Shown piece after piece: positions 63,784 through 64,000 of a stretch of 64,000 nucleotides of DNA. A model generated the notes under the pieces. That model was not told the DNA's origin. It was given only the letters and a program-made list of their open reading frames with translations, and did no database searches. A program made the translations under genes and the position numbers. How positions within the stretch are numbered: position 1 is the first letter of the stretch; the number at the start of each line of letters is the position of its first letter. The DNA comes from Lactobacillales bacterium (GTDB taxonomy: Bacteria > Bacillota > Bacilli > Lactobacillales > Streptococcaceae), in assembly GCA_031261175.1 (NCBI GenBank), contig JAISJW010000007.1:12204-76203 (forward strand), written 5' to 3'.

Positions 63784-64000
63784 TTATTCACCTTTAAATT
63801 GCACCATAAAATCCAGCGGCAGCTCTTTGCAAACCACTTTCACCTGGTATTTCGTTCGGCGCGTAAAAAGCGTCGTTTTTTCTGCGTAGTGATACGGGCA
63901 ATTAACCCCCTCCAAGAACTCGAGATAAACCGCGACGTCGTCTGGATTTTGGGTCGAGTAATGGCTAGTCACCGCGAAGTTGCTACCCATTTGAGATTCG
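63784..64000 (-). CDS. hypothetical protein, possibly 5'-incomplete at the window edge
   Basis: 68-aa ORF from ATG 63990. The frame stays open to the end of the window. I recognise no motif. Confidence 0.35.
   Translation of the reverse strand, partial: ESQMGSNFAVTSHYSTQNPDDVAVYLEFLEGVNCPYHYAEKTTLFTRRTKYQVKVVCKELPLDFMVQFKGE

Overview
This 64-kb chromosomal segment looks like a Lactobacillales-type Firmicute. Supporting genes include a WxL/LPXTG surface-protein cluster, era-recO, pheST, nadE, htpX-lemA, rfbB and a FusB-type protein. I saw no rRNA, tRNA or CRISPR array. There are roughly 70 genes, mostly on the minus strand.

Housekeeping blocks flank a visibly AT-richer defence/mobile island of about 15 kb (about 23.0-38.3 kb), next to the era-recO-HD operon. 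In order, the island holds:
- a truncated and a full HNH gene forming ~0.4-kb direct repeats around a Schlafen/AlbA_2-type gene;
- a frameshifted GmrSD-type (DUF262/DUF1524) gene;
- a Sau3AI-family restriction enzyme with a C5 methyltransferase;
- divergently, a NUDIX gene translationally coupled to a SauUSI-like PLD-helicase-DUF3427 enzyme;
- a split zeta-toxin-like gene, a small serine recombinase, a PD-(D/E)XK Rpn-like gene, a DUF559-like gene and an XRE/membrane-protein operon.

The methyltransferase operon and the NUDIX/type IV operon carry an identical 18-bp palindrome in their leaders. I rate the NUDIX + SauUSI-like pair and its shared operator as the most interesting candidate system.

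Other notable points:
- A superfamily of nested-palindrome (MITE/REP-like) intergenic elements and very long perfect hairpins abuts stop codons.
- An orphan ABC ATPase is translationally coupled to a TrkH/KtrB transporter.
- A small 17-aa-repeat protein is coupled to an epimerase.
- A YtrA-type ABC module is tandemly duplicated, with a conserved operator in front of each copy.
- A cluster of paralogous secreted proteins lies beside an Rgg-like regulator.
- sufB sits alone after pheST.
- A reverse rubrerythrin is present.
- There are at least three frame-disrupted genes. The two junctions I could localise sit at homopolymer runs, so some may be sequencing errors.

All calls come from reading the sequence and ORF track by eye, with no searches run. 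Near 34.92-34.98 kb my base count disagrees by one base with the ORF track, so coordinates there are +/-1.
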